Sequence record: MW822008.1
Origin: Escherichia phage BF17
Direction: 5' to 3' (one strand)
DNA: 64,000 bases
In this document: in pieces, positions 63,849-64,000 of the stretch
How positions within the stretch are numbered: position 1 is the stretch's first letter
How the letters are laid out: every line of letters begins with the position of its first letter
The notes under the pieces: model-generated
The model's input: only the letters and a program-made list of their open reading frames with translations
The model's database searches: none
What the model was told of the DNA's origin: nothing
Made by a program: the position numbers and the translations under genes

Positions 63849-64000
63849 TGCGTAAAGGGATCTAGTACTGATTCAGAAAAAAGTCAAGGCGTTTTTAAAA
63901 TTATGCGTTAAAAAAATGCATAGGTAATCCCTTGACTTTTTTGAAATAAAAGGGATTGGACTATGGCAAAATGCGTAGGGGGCTAAAGGGCGGGTAACCT

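Overview
This window reads as a densely coded, AT-rich lytic phage segment, probably from a T4-superfamily myovirus. That assignment is inferred from one protein, a pyrimidine-dimer DNA glycosylase (DenV, 12139-12654) that I recognise from memory of T4 endonuclease V; no search was run. Four blocks are visible. (1) 1-18.8 kb, plus strand: many small genes, six with signal peptides, plus ten paralogous ~115-aa membrane proteins in two clusters, DenV, a very AT-rich two-gene insert and a P-loop NTPase. Genes are separated by hairpin terminators whose stem carries a TTGACT -35 box followed 17-18 nt later by TATAAT. (2) 18.8-38.0 kb, minus strand: a tandem array of 16 paralogous genes. Each starts with a near-identical 12-residue N-terminus (MLPF[AV]RM[VF][KD][YF]GN, two flavours) and continues into a divergent Gly/Thr/Asn/Ser-rich body with RCC1-like repeats; one member is glycine-rich and one is Kelch-like. 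Most are separated by a conserved hairpin + TATAAT + AAGGAGG cassette. This is my lead candidate for an undescribed diversified system. (3) 38.1-43.1 kb, plus strand: 22 back-to-back ~60-aa paralogs plus one 219-aa gene, followed by about 2 kb of non-coding, repeat-rich DNA. (4) 45.1-64 kb, plus strand: about 55 small genes in an apparently higher-GC block, driven by about 40 copies of a sigma70-like promoter, most followed by a conserved GGGGA...TCCCC hairpin at the start of the leader. This block includes a TraR/DksA-like zinc finger, a possible small protein kinase, several paralog pairs and two copies of a conserved ~85-nt candidate small RNA. No rRNA, tRNA or CRISPR array was found. All calls come from reading the sequence and the ORF track; compositional statements are by eye, not computed.
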